This document shows, piece by piece, positions 41,800-50,867 of a stretch of DNA of 64,000 nucleotides. Location: IMG/VR virus record IMGVR_UViG_3300022601_000013; one strand, written 5' to 3'. A program made the translations under genes and the position numbers. Positions within the stretch are counted from its first letter, which is position 1; every line of letters starts with the position of its first letter. Source of the DNA: a virus. Its lineage: Duplodnaviria > Caudoviricetes. Under the pieces are notes generated by a model. It did no database searches and was not told where the DNA came from. It saw nothing but the letters and a program-made list of their open reading frames with translations.

Positions 41800-42453
41800 T
41801 TAATATTCAAACTCAATAATTGTAAGAGCATTGCTACAGCTAAGTGCAGCGTCAATCTCTGTTTCAAACTTTGTGATATACTCAGAAAGTTCCTCCATAG
41901 CACTTTTGATTTTGATTGGGTCAATAATATCATAAGTGTTATTTTCAATATAGGTCTTTCTAAGAGCCTTCATTGCTTCATCATCAACAGTCATCTTGCT
42001 GTCCTTTGGCTGCGACTGAATTACTGAAAGGACGTAATTTTCTGCCTTCTTTTCAATAGCCTCACCAGAGTTTCTATTTAAAGTATCCTGTGTAATATTA
42101 TACTGGCTTGTCATATTCATAAGAAGACCCTTAAAGTGATCCATGCCGTGCTGCTTTAAACTGATTGCTTCAGCTACTGTATACTCATCGTTACCAATTG
42201 TAATTTTGGTAGTAGCATTAGAAAGTGTAACTGCCCTTTTTAATGCATTTCTGCGGTTAATTAGATCAGTAGCCTTGTTATAACATGACTTCATATATTC
42301 TTTATAATCATTAATAGACATACCTGCGATTTTTTCATTGGAATGCTTATTAGTAGTTACATAAGAACCTTCACAAATAGCCTTATTAATACGGCTATCT
42401 AAAGTTTTTAATTCAGATAGTGCTCTATGCACGTTCATTGTTTCTTTAGTCAT
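41800..42453 (-). CDS. 217 aa alpha-helical protein of unknown function (possibly DIP1984/DUF6847-like)
   Basis: AGGAGG RBS; VHRALSELKTLDSRI, TVAEAI, EIDAALSCSNALT. Family resemblance is from recall only. Confidence 0.75.
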   Translation of the reverse strand: MTKETMNVHRALSELKTLDSRINKAICEGSYVTTNKHSNEKIAGMSINDYKEYMKSCYNKATDLINRRNALKRAVTLSNATTKITIGNDEYTVAEAISLKQHGMDHFKGLLMNMTSQYNITQDTLNRNSGEAIEKKAENYVLSVIQSQPKDSKMTVDDEAMKALRKTYIENNTYDIIDPIKIKSAMEELSEYITKFETEIDAALSCSNALTIIEFEY

Positions 42454-42511
42454 TTTTTATTCCTCCTAATAAATAAATATTAATTTTCAATATGTTTAAT
42501 TTTATTGACTA

Positions 42512-43151
42512 CTATTTGCTTGTATAGCTCCATTTGAAGCCTCCAGCAGTTCCCTTGTTTGTTCTGCAACATCTGCTTATATTTTGACATGCTATTTCAA
42601 GTTTTTCTGCTGCTTGTTTCATATAATCCCATGTTTTTATAAATGTTCCATCAATGCTATATTGATTTACTTTTTTAGCCTTGGGATTGTTTTCTTTTTT
42701 TCTTGAATCACTAATTTTCTTTTTAGTTTCCTCTGAGTGATGTTTCCCAAACATAGCATTGTTTTCACCACGATGAGTCTCTTTCTGGGTTTTGATTGCG
42801 TTTTATTGCCGCTTTTCTAATATTTGCTCGACTTAATTCTGACGGTCTGCCATGTGATCCACCATCTTGTAAATTATATCCTTCTTTAGGATTGATTGAG
42901 TTGAGCTCTTTAATCAAAACCCTTTCAAAATTGTTGGCTTCATCTTTAGTAAGACCTTGTGCGACAATCTCATGATCAAAGCCATCCCAACCATACTTTT
43001 TTATTGCACGATAAAAATAACTATTTTGTTTATAACCCTGTCCGTTGTTCCATCTTTTTTCTGGCTTTTGGCACGTTTGTCCAACATACTTTTTACCATT
43101 AATTTTATTTGTATGTATATACACACAATAATTATCATTACAATTTCCCAT
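42512..43151 (-). pseudogene. frame-split GIY-YIG/NUMOD homing endonuclease
   Basis: 42765-43151 GIY-YIG (YCVYIHTNKINGKKYVGQT...GYN); NUMOD3/NUMOD1 part (HRGENNAMFGKHHSEETKKKIS...ISRCC...AGGFKW) continues in another frame. Confidence 0.75.
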
Positions 43152-43311
43152 AAATAATCACCCTAAGATACGACTATCTTTTTACATTTGTTTGTTCTAC
43201 ATTATCTCTTTTGTTAATTTTGTATTGTTTGCTTTAAAACACATACGCTTTAGTCATAATAATCTCTCCTTTTTCTCATAAGTTTTAAGCTTTGTTTATA
43301 TCCTTTTGGGA

Positions 43312-43396
43312 TGGTTGGGGTAGCTGGATTCGAACCAGCGTAAAGCTTTCGCTGACGGAGTCAAAGTCCGTTGCCTTACCACTTGGCGATACCCCA
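43312..43396 (-). tRNA. tRNA-Gln(UUG) with atypical long variable arm
   Basis: U1-A72 acceptor UGGGGUA/UACCCCA, ACGGA-CU-UUG-AC-UCCGU, 15 nt variable region, CCA; 85 nt. Confidence 0.9.
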
Positions 43397-43452
43397 ATAT
43401 ATTTAAGGTATCAGAGTGGTTTGTGTTAACCACTCCTTAACCTTATGTACTT

Positions 43453-43481
43453 ATTATATCATATTAATTTTGTATTGTCAA
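43453..43481 (-). promoter_or_regulatory. sigmaA promoter with conserved box, upstream of the RNA island
   Basis: TTGACA-ATACAAAATTAATATGA-TATAAT. Confidence 0.85.
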
Positions 43482-43538
43482 GCCCTTTTTGGAATTTTTT
43501 TCAAGTTTGTGAAAACTGCACAAATAAACAGCTTATAA

Positions 43539-44195
43539 TTATTTTACAATATACACATTTGCGTATGATGTAAGTGCATAGCAATCGCTTACAGTTGCAC
43601 AGAATACGTCAACTACACCCCATTTGCAACCACAATCAAACACGGTATATGTTCCTAAACCTTCAATATAAATCTTATCTCCATATTTAATTCCAAGCTG
43701 CTTTCTCTGGGCATTGTTCATTGCAACACCGCCAACGTAAGGCATAACGCCTGATGCTGTTGGTCTGCCTGTTGCGACATAGCCTGTAATCCTCATATTT
43801 CCAATCAAAGTTTTTGCCTCCTGATTTTCTGTCTGAGTGGTAGTTTCAATAGGTGTATTTTCTGCGACCGTTGTTTCTATTGTGGTTGTAACCTCTGGTT
43901 CTTTCTCGGTTGATACAACTACTGGCTTACTTGTTGTTGTGTTTGTAGTAGTTGTTGTGCTTGTGGTTGAGGGCTCTGTAGTAGTTGTTACAGGCTCTGT
44001 GGTTGTTGTAGTTGTAGTTTCAGAAGTTGACGTTGTTGTAACATCAGTAAATGTTGTCGTAGTCATTAATGTACTATCTCCCTGACTGCTATACGGTCTT
44101 TTAACCGTAGTTCTGTTGCCCACAACTATACAAAATATAACGGCAACCACCGCTATAACTGTGTTTATAATTATTGTTATTTTTTTATTATCCAT
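43539..44195 (-). CDS. membrane-anchored 3D-domain protein with Thr-rich linker
   Basis: N-terminal TM; poly-Thr stalk; ITGY...TASG...YGDKIYIEGLG.Y.V.DCG...VDVF. Confidence 0.8.
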   Translation of the reverse strand: MDNKKITIIINTVIAVVAVIFCIVVGNRTTVKRPYSSQGDSTLMTTTTFTDVTTTSTSETTTTTTTEPVTTTTEPSTTSTTTTTNTTTSKPVVVSTEKEPEVTTTIETTVAENTPIETTTQTENQEAKTLIGNMRITGYVATGRPTASGVMPYVGGVAMNNAQRKQLGIKYGDKIYIEGLGTYTVFDCGCKWGVVDVFCATVSDCYALTSYANVYIVK

Positions 44196-44218
44196 TTTAT
44201 CATTTTCCTTTCTTTGTT

Positions 44219-44428
44219 TTACATTTTCTGTATATAGAAGAATTCTGTATGACTTCCTACATCTATCTTAGTTGTTTTATCATCAATGTTCCAGCGTCTC
44301 TGATAATAAGACTTATAATTGCACTCATCTAAAAAATCAGCCAAAAGCTTATTAGCATGTTCAGGAGTTTCTGCCATATCAATAAGACGCTTTTTACCTC
44401 TTGAATTTTCAAATATTACATTATACAT
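44219..44428 (-). CDS. hypothetical protein
   Basis: Likely start MYNVIFENS; DVGSHTEFF. Confidence 0.6.
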   Translation of the reverse strand: MYNVIFENSRGKKRLIDMAETPEHANKLLADFLDECNYKSYYQRRWNIDDKTTKIDVGSHTEFFYIQKM

Positions 44429-44438
44429 AACAGCATCC

Positions 44439-45053
44439 TCATTTCTTATCACCAAGCAGTCTAAGAAATAGGTTAATAATATCAAGATACAAACCAACCG
44501 CACTATCAACAGCATTATCTAATGTCTTATCTTCTTCCTGAGCATTAGACCAGTCATAACCTATGTATCCACAGAATAATAATGCTACTAACCAATCCCA
44601 CCACTGTGGCTGTGCAAGTCCAAAAAGCATCATTATACATTCAATAACAACCACTCCTGCCAAACATACAAACAATGTAGTGCCTATTGACTCAAATATC
44701 TCTGGTTTAATACTTGAAATTATAATCATTAATATTGTAATTAATGTTGTTAATACAAATGTCTGTGCAATGGTCTGAGCACAATAATCTTTTAATACTA
44801 TGCTTAAAACTACGCCAGCAGGCAAGACTACCAAATTGTAACCAGTAAAGCTGATTGCTGGGTTATCTGAAAATGAACTCATACATATTCCTGCTATTGC
44901 TGATATTAAATATCCAATAACAACCGCTGTAGGATTCCACCCTGCAAACACCTCACTAAAAAATGTGCACATAATAGCGTTTACCGCAAAACCCCACAAT
45001 AAAATTAAACCAATTGCAATATTGTACTGCTTATTACTCAACTCTCTATTCAT
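44439..45053 (-). CDS. Bax inhibitor-1/YccA family membrane protein
   Basis: Seven hydrophobic helices; YIGYD...AVGLYLDIINLFLRLL. Confidence 0.85.
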   Translation of the reverse strand: MNRELSNKQYNIAIGLILLWGFAVNAIMCTFFSEVFAGWNPTAVVIGYLISAIAGICMSSFSDNPAISFTGYNLVVLPAGVVLSIVLKDYCAQTIAQTFVLTTLITILMIIISSIKPEIFESIGTTLFVCLAGVVVIECIMMLFGLAQPQWWDWLVALLFCGYIGYDWSNAQEEDKTLDNAVDSAVGLYLDIINLFLRLLGDKK

Positions 45054-45064
45054 ATTTATTCCTC

Positions 45065-45409
45065 CTATCTTCTATAGCTAACACTACCACCTGCATCAAT
45101 ATCTCCAGATACATTACCACAAGTAATAGAACCGCCAGCATCTATATTGCCGTTTACGTCACCATCAACTACACAACTACCACCACAATCAATAGTTCCA
45201 CTGTTACCATGTACTTCAACAGAACCAGAACAATCAATTTTATTTACATCACCATTTATAACAATCTGTGTATTGTTTCCAATGTCACTATGAACGACCT
45301 TGTCATCAACAATTACATTGCCATTGGAAATTGTAATATTGTTTCCATAACAACTAACTGTCTGTCCGTTGATGGTCACACTACTAAAATTCTTGCTTTT
45401 ACCAAACAT
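45065..45409 (-). CDS. beta-helix repeat protein
   Basis: Repeated G(D/N)(V/I)xGxIDAGGS units. Confidence 0.65.
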   Translation of the reverse strand: MFGKSKNFSSVTINGQTVSCYGNNITISNGNVIVDDKVVHSDIGNNTQIVINGDVNKIDCSGSVEVHGNSGTIDCGGSCVVDGDVNGNIDAGGSITCGNVSGDIDAGGSVSYRR

Positions 45410-45463
45410 TTTTATTTTCCTCCATTTTTAATTATTAATTTATAATAAAGGTATTATAAGTAC

Positions 45464-45714
45464 CTCTGAAAACTAATCTTTTAAAATATACCTTAACACC
45501 TTGTTTCCATATCCTCATCAGGAATAACTGTATTTTCAATCATACCATCGAAATGCTCGCTAATTAATCCAAGCCAATCAATCTCCGAAATAGTGTGTCC
45601 AGAAGCCCATTCAACACCATTTACTTCAAGAATTTGCCAATCCCCTGATTCAGATGTTGTTAGTTTAACAAACTTTTTCATACACATTCACCTCTCTGAA
45701 AACTAATCTTTTAA
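45464..45714. repeat. 21 bp direct repeat flanking ORF 45493-45687
   Basis: ctctgaaaactaatcttttaa at 45464-45484 and 45694-45714. Confidence 0.8.
45493..45687 (-). CDS. hypothetical protein
   Basis: ORF with GAGGTGA RBS. Confidence 0.6.
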   Translation of the reverse strand: MCMKKFVKLTTSESGDWQILEVNGVEWASGHTISEIDWLGLISEHFDGMIENTVIPDEDMETRC

Positions 45715-46088
45715 GTGTTCCATTCTTCGCACTCAAATCCATTCTGTCTTAACCATTCGGCAACCAAGTGTCTGTGGCAGAAGTCCGAAGGCTTTTCATA
45801 ACAGATTAAACAGATTGCCTTATTCGTCTGCCTTGCTGAAATAGTCAAATCTATTAAATTACGAATGACTGTAAGAATATCAAGCTTATCAAGAACCTGT
45901 TCATTGTAACACTTAATATAATAATCATTGTCGTGGTTCTTCTTCCACTCCATAAAGAAATCATATTTTGGTGCTAATTTCTTATACTGCAATCCTTTAT
46001 ACCAATCAGGTGCTTTACCACAGATTGAAATAGGAACAATATTATCTGGAAGTGATTTAAGTTTTGCAAAATAACTTGTGTATATCAT
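45711..46088 (-). CDS. DUF488-like protein
   Basis: IYTSYF, LAP, LICYEKPSDFCHRHLVAEW. Confidence 0.75.
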   Translation of the reverse strand: MIYTSYFAKLKSLPDNIVPISICGKAPDWYKGLQYKKLAPKYDFFMEWKKNHDNDYYIKCYNEQVLDKLDILTVIRNLIDLTISARQTNKAICLICYEKPSDFCHRHLVAEWLRQNGFECEEWNT

Positions 46089-46103
46089 GTTTTTTCACCT
46101 CTA

Positions 46104-46352
46104 TTAATCCATAGCTTCTTTTAGCAGATCATCAGCGTTATCTTTCATATACTGACTTACTTTAATAAAGCCATCAGTATTACTCTGTTCTGAAAATCCT
46201 CTGAACTTAACTCTGGCAGGATACACTTCTAAGATATTACCATTATCGTCATAGTCATACACAAGTGCCCAACCCATAGTATGCAAAATCATATTAATCC
46301 ACCAAAGCATTCCATGTTCTTTAAATTCTTTCCAAGATTTTTTATTTATCAT
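46104..46352 (-). CDS. hypothetical protein
   Basis: ORF coupled to pnuC. Confidence 0.6.
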   Translation of the reverse strand: MINKKSWKEFKEHGMLWWINMILHTMGWALVYDYDDNGNILEVYPARVKFRGFSEQSNTDGFIKVSQYMKDNADDLLKEAMD

Positions 46353-47038
46353 TTTTCATCACTTACCTTATTTAATTTTGTCCAGTTATACCAACCATAA
46401 ATAGCATTAATCGTCCAAGCAATATACATAGCTACCATTGACCACTGCTTAAGAATAACAAACATAATCAAACTTGATACATCAATTACAATCCAAATTG
46501 CCCACTGCTCTCTATATCTCCATACCATTAGAAGCTGTGCAATAATTGCAAGAGCAACTGTAAAAGCATCCAGATAAGAAAGTGTACTACCAAGGATGTT
46601 GTCACCAAAATAACCAAGAGCTATTGTTGTAATTAATGTAACGTCTGCTGTAACACGCCACTGCCAAGGTTTAAATTTCTTTGCGACAACCTGTTCTGTG
46701 CCGTCATTATTTTTATGCATATTCTTTTTCCAAAGAATTACTCCAAAAATACAAGCAATAAAATAAAATATCTGTTCACCGAATTCAAGAAACAGTTTTG
46801 CTTCCCAACAGATAATCATATATGTAATCATCTGAATAAAATTAAACAGATAAGAAGAAATCTTACCCTTTGCTGTAAGTACCACACAGATAACACCTGC
46901 AATGCCACAAACCATTCCAATAGGTGTGTCAGGTGCAATACAATACATAATAACCTGAAGCAGCACCATTGCTACCATGAAAATTCTTTCAAACAAACTG
47001 TATCCATTCCAAAATTCATTTTTAATCCACTTTACCAT
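46349..47038 (-). CDS. pnuC: nicotinamide riboside transporter PnuC
   Basis: Multi-TM; YLDAFT...AQLLM..RYREQWAIWIVID...GWYNW. Confidence 0.9.
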   Translation of the reverse strand: MVKWIKNEFWNGYSLFERIFMVAMVLLQVIMYCIAPDTPIGMVCGIAGVICVVLTAKGKISSYLFNFIQMITYMIICWEAKLFLEFGEQIFYFIACIFGVILWKKNMHKNNDGTEQVVAKKFKPWQWRVTADVTLITTIALGYFGDNILGSTLSYLDAFTVALAIIAQLLMVWRYREQWAIWIVIDVSSLIMFVILKQWSMVAMYIAWTINAIYGWYNWTKLNKVSDEK

Positions 47039-48128
47039 TGTTCATTATCTCCTTTACGTCATTTACTATTTTATTAAAATTATTCCAATATCCACCATCA
47101 AGAATTTCAACCTTGTCCCAATTACCAGATGCCTTAATGTTCTTACAAAGAATATCGAATAGCTCCTGTCTTTCTTTTATTTCACTACAAGCCATATATC
47201 TTGTATGGTCATCTACAAACATTCCATGAGGACAAAGCAAATAAATCTTATCCCAACGACATTTCTTAGTTATTGCGTCGGCTGCCACAGCGATTTCTTC
47301 ATATTCGCTTTCGGTCAACTCAAGCTCAGGATCTTTACTGTAATACTCTGCGTACATTCGTGTTGTCATACTATCAGAGTCAGCAAAGAATATACCTTGA
47401 TTGCTGGGTGAGTTTATAAGTTTTTTATTCATTTGATACTGTCCATCAAGGAAGGCCATATAGTCTGCCCCGTCAAGTTCCCATTCTGAAACATTGCTTT
47501 CCTGCATATAATCTCTTGCGTATTCGTGAGAATATGGAGCATTGAAATACTTACCCAAATCTCTTACAAGTGTTGTCTTGCCCTCACTTGCTGTACCACA
47601 AACTAATATATTGGTGCTAAATACTCTTCTAAACGGATATGTAATTTTATCCCAATGTTTAATAGGATTTTGCCGTATCATTGTTGCTGATATAGGATTT
47701 ACTGTTCTATCAAGCTTTACAGCTTCATATCCTAAATTGATTAAATAAGTGTAATACTCATCTTCACTAACATAGAACACAGGCTTACCTTCAGCTGCAA
47801 AATTAAGTATTCTTTCAGTTTCTGAAATAAATTTACTCCAACCATTTGGATAAGGTTCTATTCCCAATTCTGTTTCATTGATAGGGTATACAGCTACCAA
47901 ATCATCATCGGCAAAGAATTCTCTTACATATCTATAACGTAATTTTAATGGCATTTCTTTGCCACCCCTGTCACCATCTCTGCCGCTTGCGATAACGATA
48001 CATCCACCATCACATTCTTTCTTTGCTCTCATAATTACATCAAGATGACCCTGATGTAATGGAGCAAACGTACCAAAAACTATACCAACCTTTTTGCCTT
48101 TTAATGGCTGTTGATATGTATGTATCAT
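47022..48128 (-). CDS. nadR: NadR-like bifunctional NMN adenylyltransferase / ribosylnicotinamide kinase without HTH
   Basis: FGTFAPLHQGH, ISATMIR, GTASEGKTTL, EYAR, DSD; start after AGGAGTGA. Confidence 0.9.
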   Translation of the reverse strand: MIHTYQQPLKGKKVGIVFGTFAPLHQGHLDVIMRAKKECDGGCIVIASGRDGDRGGKEMPLKLRYRYVREFFADDDLVAVYPINETELGIEPYPNGWSKFISETERILNFAAEGKPVFYVSEDEYYTYLINLGYEAVKLDRTVNPISATMIRQNPIKHWDKITYPFRRVFSTNILVCGTASEGKTTLVRDLGKYFNAPYSHEYARDYMQESNVSEWELDGADYMAFLDGQYQMNKKLINSPSNQGIFFADSDSMTTRMYAEYYSKDPELELTESEYEEIAVAADAITKKCRWDKIYLLCPHGMFVDDHTRYMACSEIKERQELFDILCKNIKASGNWDKVEILDGGYWNNFNKIVNDVKEIMNNGKVD

Positions 48129-48333
48129 TTTTGTTTCACTCCTTTTAAAATTATATTTAATATGTAACAACAACCCTATGCTTTGTTTTTTTTATATTAA
48201 AAGCAAATTTGTCACTCGGTACACTTCCCACGTTAATCTTTTTTGATCGCCTTATTATTGCGTACCCTATTCCCTAATAAGAAAAACCCAACCTATATTT
48301 TATATTTACAGATTGGGCTTTTGCTATGGTCAT

Positions 48334-48362
48334 ATTATATCATATTAATTTTGTACTGTCAA
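48334..48362 (-). promoter_or_regulatory. sigmaA promoter with conserved box
   Basis: TTGACA-GTACAAAATTAATATGA-TATAAT. Confidence 0.85.
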
Positions 48363-48441
48363 TATTGTTTGGATATTTTTGGCGTTTTGTTTAAGCTTTA
48401 CCAATATTTAAAATATCTTTTTGTTAATAAATAACAACTTG

Positions 48442-48744
48442 TTATTTAAAATTCCACACATAATCAATAAATCTATCCCAGTTCATCAACAGTTGCGAAT
48501 AAATATCAATCTTTTCAGTTTCATTTCCATTGCCTCCAACCCAAGCAGAAATAATAATTTCATATTCAGATTTTGAACAAAAATAATAAAACGCTTCTCT
48601 TCTAATTTCCTCAGAAGCTTCATCCTTGTTATTGTATTTATCTAACACCTTACGCACTGCACCTCTAAAGCCACCATGCTGAAAAACATTTAATGCAGTT
48701 ATTGTTTGATGATTGATATTATGATAATATACATTCCATTCCAT
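48442..48744 (-). CDS. hypothetical protein
   Basis: Likely start MEWNVYY; SKSEYE...KIDIYSQL. Confidence 0.6.
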   Translation of the reverse strand: MEWNVYYHNINHQTITALNVFQHGGFRGAVRKVLDKYNNKDEASEEIRREAFYYFCSKSEYEIIISAWVGGNGNETEKIDIYSQLLMNWDRFIDYVWNFK

Positions 48745-49327
48745 TATATTCACCACCTTTATCATTATTATATCTATCAGGATCTCCGTAAACGTCACCT
48801 ACATCGCACATGCTAAAATGAAAATCAATATAATCACTATCATCTATAGTTTTCTTGTCAAAGAAATCTTCAATGGTTTTATTAGCAGAGATTACAATAT
48901 ATAAATGCCCATCGTTACTGATATAATTAGTTTGAGCATCATTTGTCTCATCATCATCCCCTGTCCAATCAACCCAATAATCGTAACACTCTGTGCAATA
49001 AACTGCCCCTTCTTCCATTTCATCTGCGTAGTCATCATACAGTTCAAATTCAATACTTGTAATATCGCTATATTTAACAAGTCTGTCAAATGTCATCTGC
49101 TTCCAGTTTGGTTTATCAATCTGTCCAAACTGGTAACGCTCCTTGTTAGCATCCTTGTGAATTTCAATTGCGAATGTGTCTGCAATATCAATTCTATCTA
49201 TAGCATTGGTTGCTATTCTCCTTATTTCCGTTTTAATATCCTTCACAACAAAGTCTCCAATATACTTGCCGTCTATTGTAATTCTGTCACAATTTTCAAA
49301 ACAAAATGTTATATATTTAAGTTTCAT
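48719..49327 (-). CDS. acidic hypothetical protein
   Basis: ORF with AGGAG RBS. Confidence 0.6.
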   Translation of the reverse strand: MKLKYITFCFENCDRITIDGKYIGDFVVKDIKTEIRRIATNAIDRIDIADTFAIEIHKDANKERYQFGQIDKPNWKQMTFDRLVKYSDITSIEFELYDDYADEMEEGAVYCTECYDYWVDWTGDDDETNDAQTNYISNDGHLYIVISANKTIEDFFDKKTIDDSDYIDFHFSMCDVGDVYGDPDRYNNDKGGEYNGMECILS

Positions 49328-49351
49328 ATCAGCACACTCCTTATTTGTTTT

Positions 49352-49654
49352 TTATTGCTCATAGCAATGTAGAAGATTATAAACAAGATATTTACGCTGT
49401 TTATATGTAATACACCCTTTTTGCTTATATTGATTAAGAATATCTTTTGACACATTATTATTTAAATGTTCACTTGCTATGCTTATAAGATTTTCAATAT
49501 CATTTAAATCGTAGTCATAATAAATCTCAATATAATGAAGCGGATGGATTAAAAGTCCATTGTGCCACATATTACGAGACACAGGTATTATTTCTTTATA
49601 CTTGCTACAAAATCCTGCATTATTATATTTACAACATTTATAACATATTGCCAT
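49352..49654 (-). CDS. hypothetical protein
   Basis: ORF within operon. Confidence 0.5.
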   Translation of the reverse strand: MAICYKCCKYNNAGFCSKYKEIIPVSRNMWHNGLLIHPLHYIEIYYDYDLNDIENLISIASEHLNNNVSKDILNQYKQKGCITYKQRKYLVYNLLHCYEQ

Positions 49655-49655
49655 T

Positions 49656-49862
49656 TTATTTCACCTTATTCTTTGCAATATTTCGTAACCCATTAAAACA
49701 ATCGTCGCACAAATGAATTTTGGTTCTCTTTTTTGTATTACAAGGGTGAGCACCACACTCATCAAAACAAACTGCTATATAAAACTCTTTCATTTTCACA
49801 CCATAAGGGTCTTTAATAATTTTACCGCAACTATCACACTGATATACTCTCATTATAATCAC
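49656..49862 (-). CDS. small zinc-finger protein
   Basis: CDSCG...LCDDC. Confidence 0.6.
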   Translation of the reverse strand: MIIMRVYQCDSCGKIIKDPYGVKMKEFYIAVCFDECGAHPCNTKKRTKIHLCDDCFNGLRNIAKNKVK

Positions 49863-50182
49863 TCCTCAACTTTAACTACATTTCCTTTAAATAGCTCATC
49901 AAGATCAAAGTTACCCTCAACCACAGTTTTATCATCAAGTTCAATTGAACAATTAATAATTATATGTACGCCCTCGGAAAATACTTCTCTCCAGTCGTGG
50001 TAGAAGCGATGAATAATTGTTCCACGCCCGTCACACACATCTGTCGTACAACCTTGAAAATAAAAATTAAGATCTGCATCATTTAAACCAGCAATCTTAA
50101 ATTTAACTTTCTCGTTATTTCTTTCTCCATATTTTTTTTCAAAAACAATACTTTTTATACTTATAACATTCACAACCATCAC
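49859..50182 (-). CDS. hypothetical protein
   Basis: ORF within operon. Confidence 0.5.
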   Translation of the reverse strand: MMVVNVISIKSIVFEKKYGERNNEKVKFKIAGLNDADLNFYFQGCTTDVCDGRGTIIHRFYHDWREVFSEGVHIIINCSIELDDKTVVEGNFDLDELFKGNVVKVEE

Positions 50183-50342
50183 CTCTTGTCTACAAGCTCT
50201 TCAAGTACACCACCAACCTCGGCTACCATAATACCAATAGCAATCGGTATTACAGACTTAGTTACAAGTGTTACAATTGCACCTACCACACGAATTGCTG
50301 ATTTTGCCAAACTAATAATTAAATGTCCCTTACTATTCATAC

Positions 50343-50867
50343 CTAAAACTCCTTTACAATATTATCTACAATCTTCTTGCAATCTTCATCAGAAGATGTT
50401 GTTACTGAGAAATCTATCTTCATAGATTTTAATGTGTTTATAATTTCTTTTCTTATAGAAATTGCCTGTTCTTCATTATGCAGTCTACCTTCGTTTTCAT
50501 ATTTGTGTTTTCTTATAAGCAGATAATTTCTATTATCATAAGAATTAAAAACATTTCTCACTGTTGTATTAAATTCCTTGCCGAGCACTTCATCTTGATT
50601 GTAAACAGCACTAAGAATTAGCGGCGAGTCGGTAACAATTACCTGTACCTTTTCTCTAACTCTACCCATCTTAAATGACTGCTTACCAAATATATATTCC
50701 TGATGCTTAAACACTTCAGAATTTTCTTCGTATACTTTATCTTTAGCGAATTCTGAAACATATTCAGCGTTAATACCCGCACGTTTTAATCGTGCTGTAA
50801 TATCCATTGCTGCCGTACTCTTGCCAGCAGATGGTTCACCAAAAAGATTAATTACTATTGTCTTCAT
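50343..50867 (-). CDS. P-loop kinase (NadR/AAA_28-like)
   Basis: GEPSAGKST, EFAK, TDSPL, GR. Confidence 0.75.
   Translation of the reverse strand: MKTIVINLFGEPSAGKSTAAMDITARLKRAGINAEYVSEFAKDKVYEENSEVFKHQEYIFGKQSFKMGRVREKVQVIVTDSPLILSAVYNQDEVLGKEFNTTVRNVFNSYDNRNYLLIRKHKYENEGRLHNEEQAISIRKEIINTLKSMKIDFSVTTSSDEDCKKIVDNIVKEF

Noticed and set aside
43840-44065. Low-complexity trinucleotide-like repeats
   Set aside because: Explained by the poly-Thr linker of the 3D-domain protein
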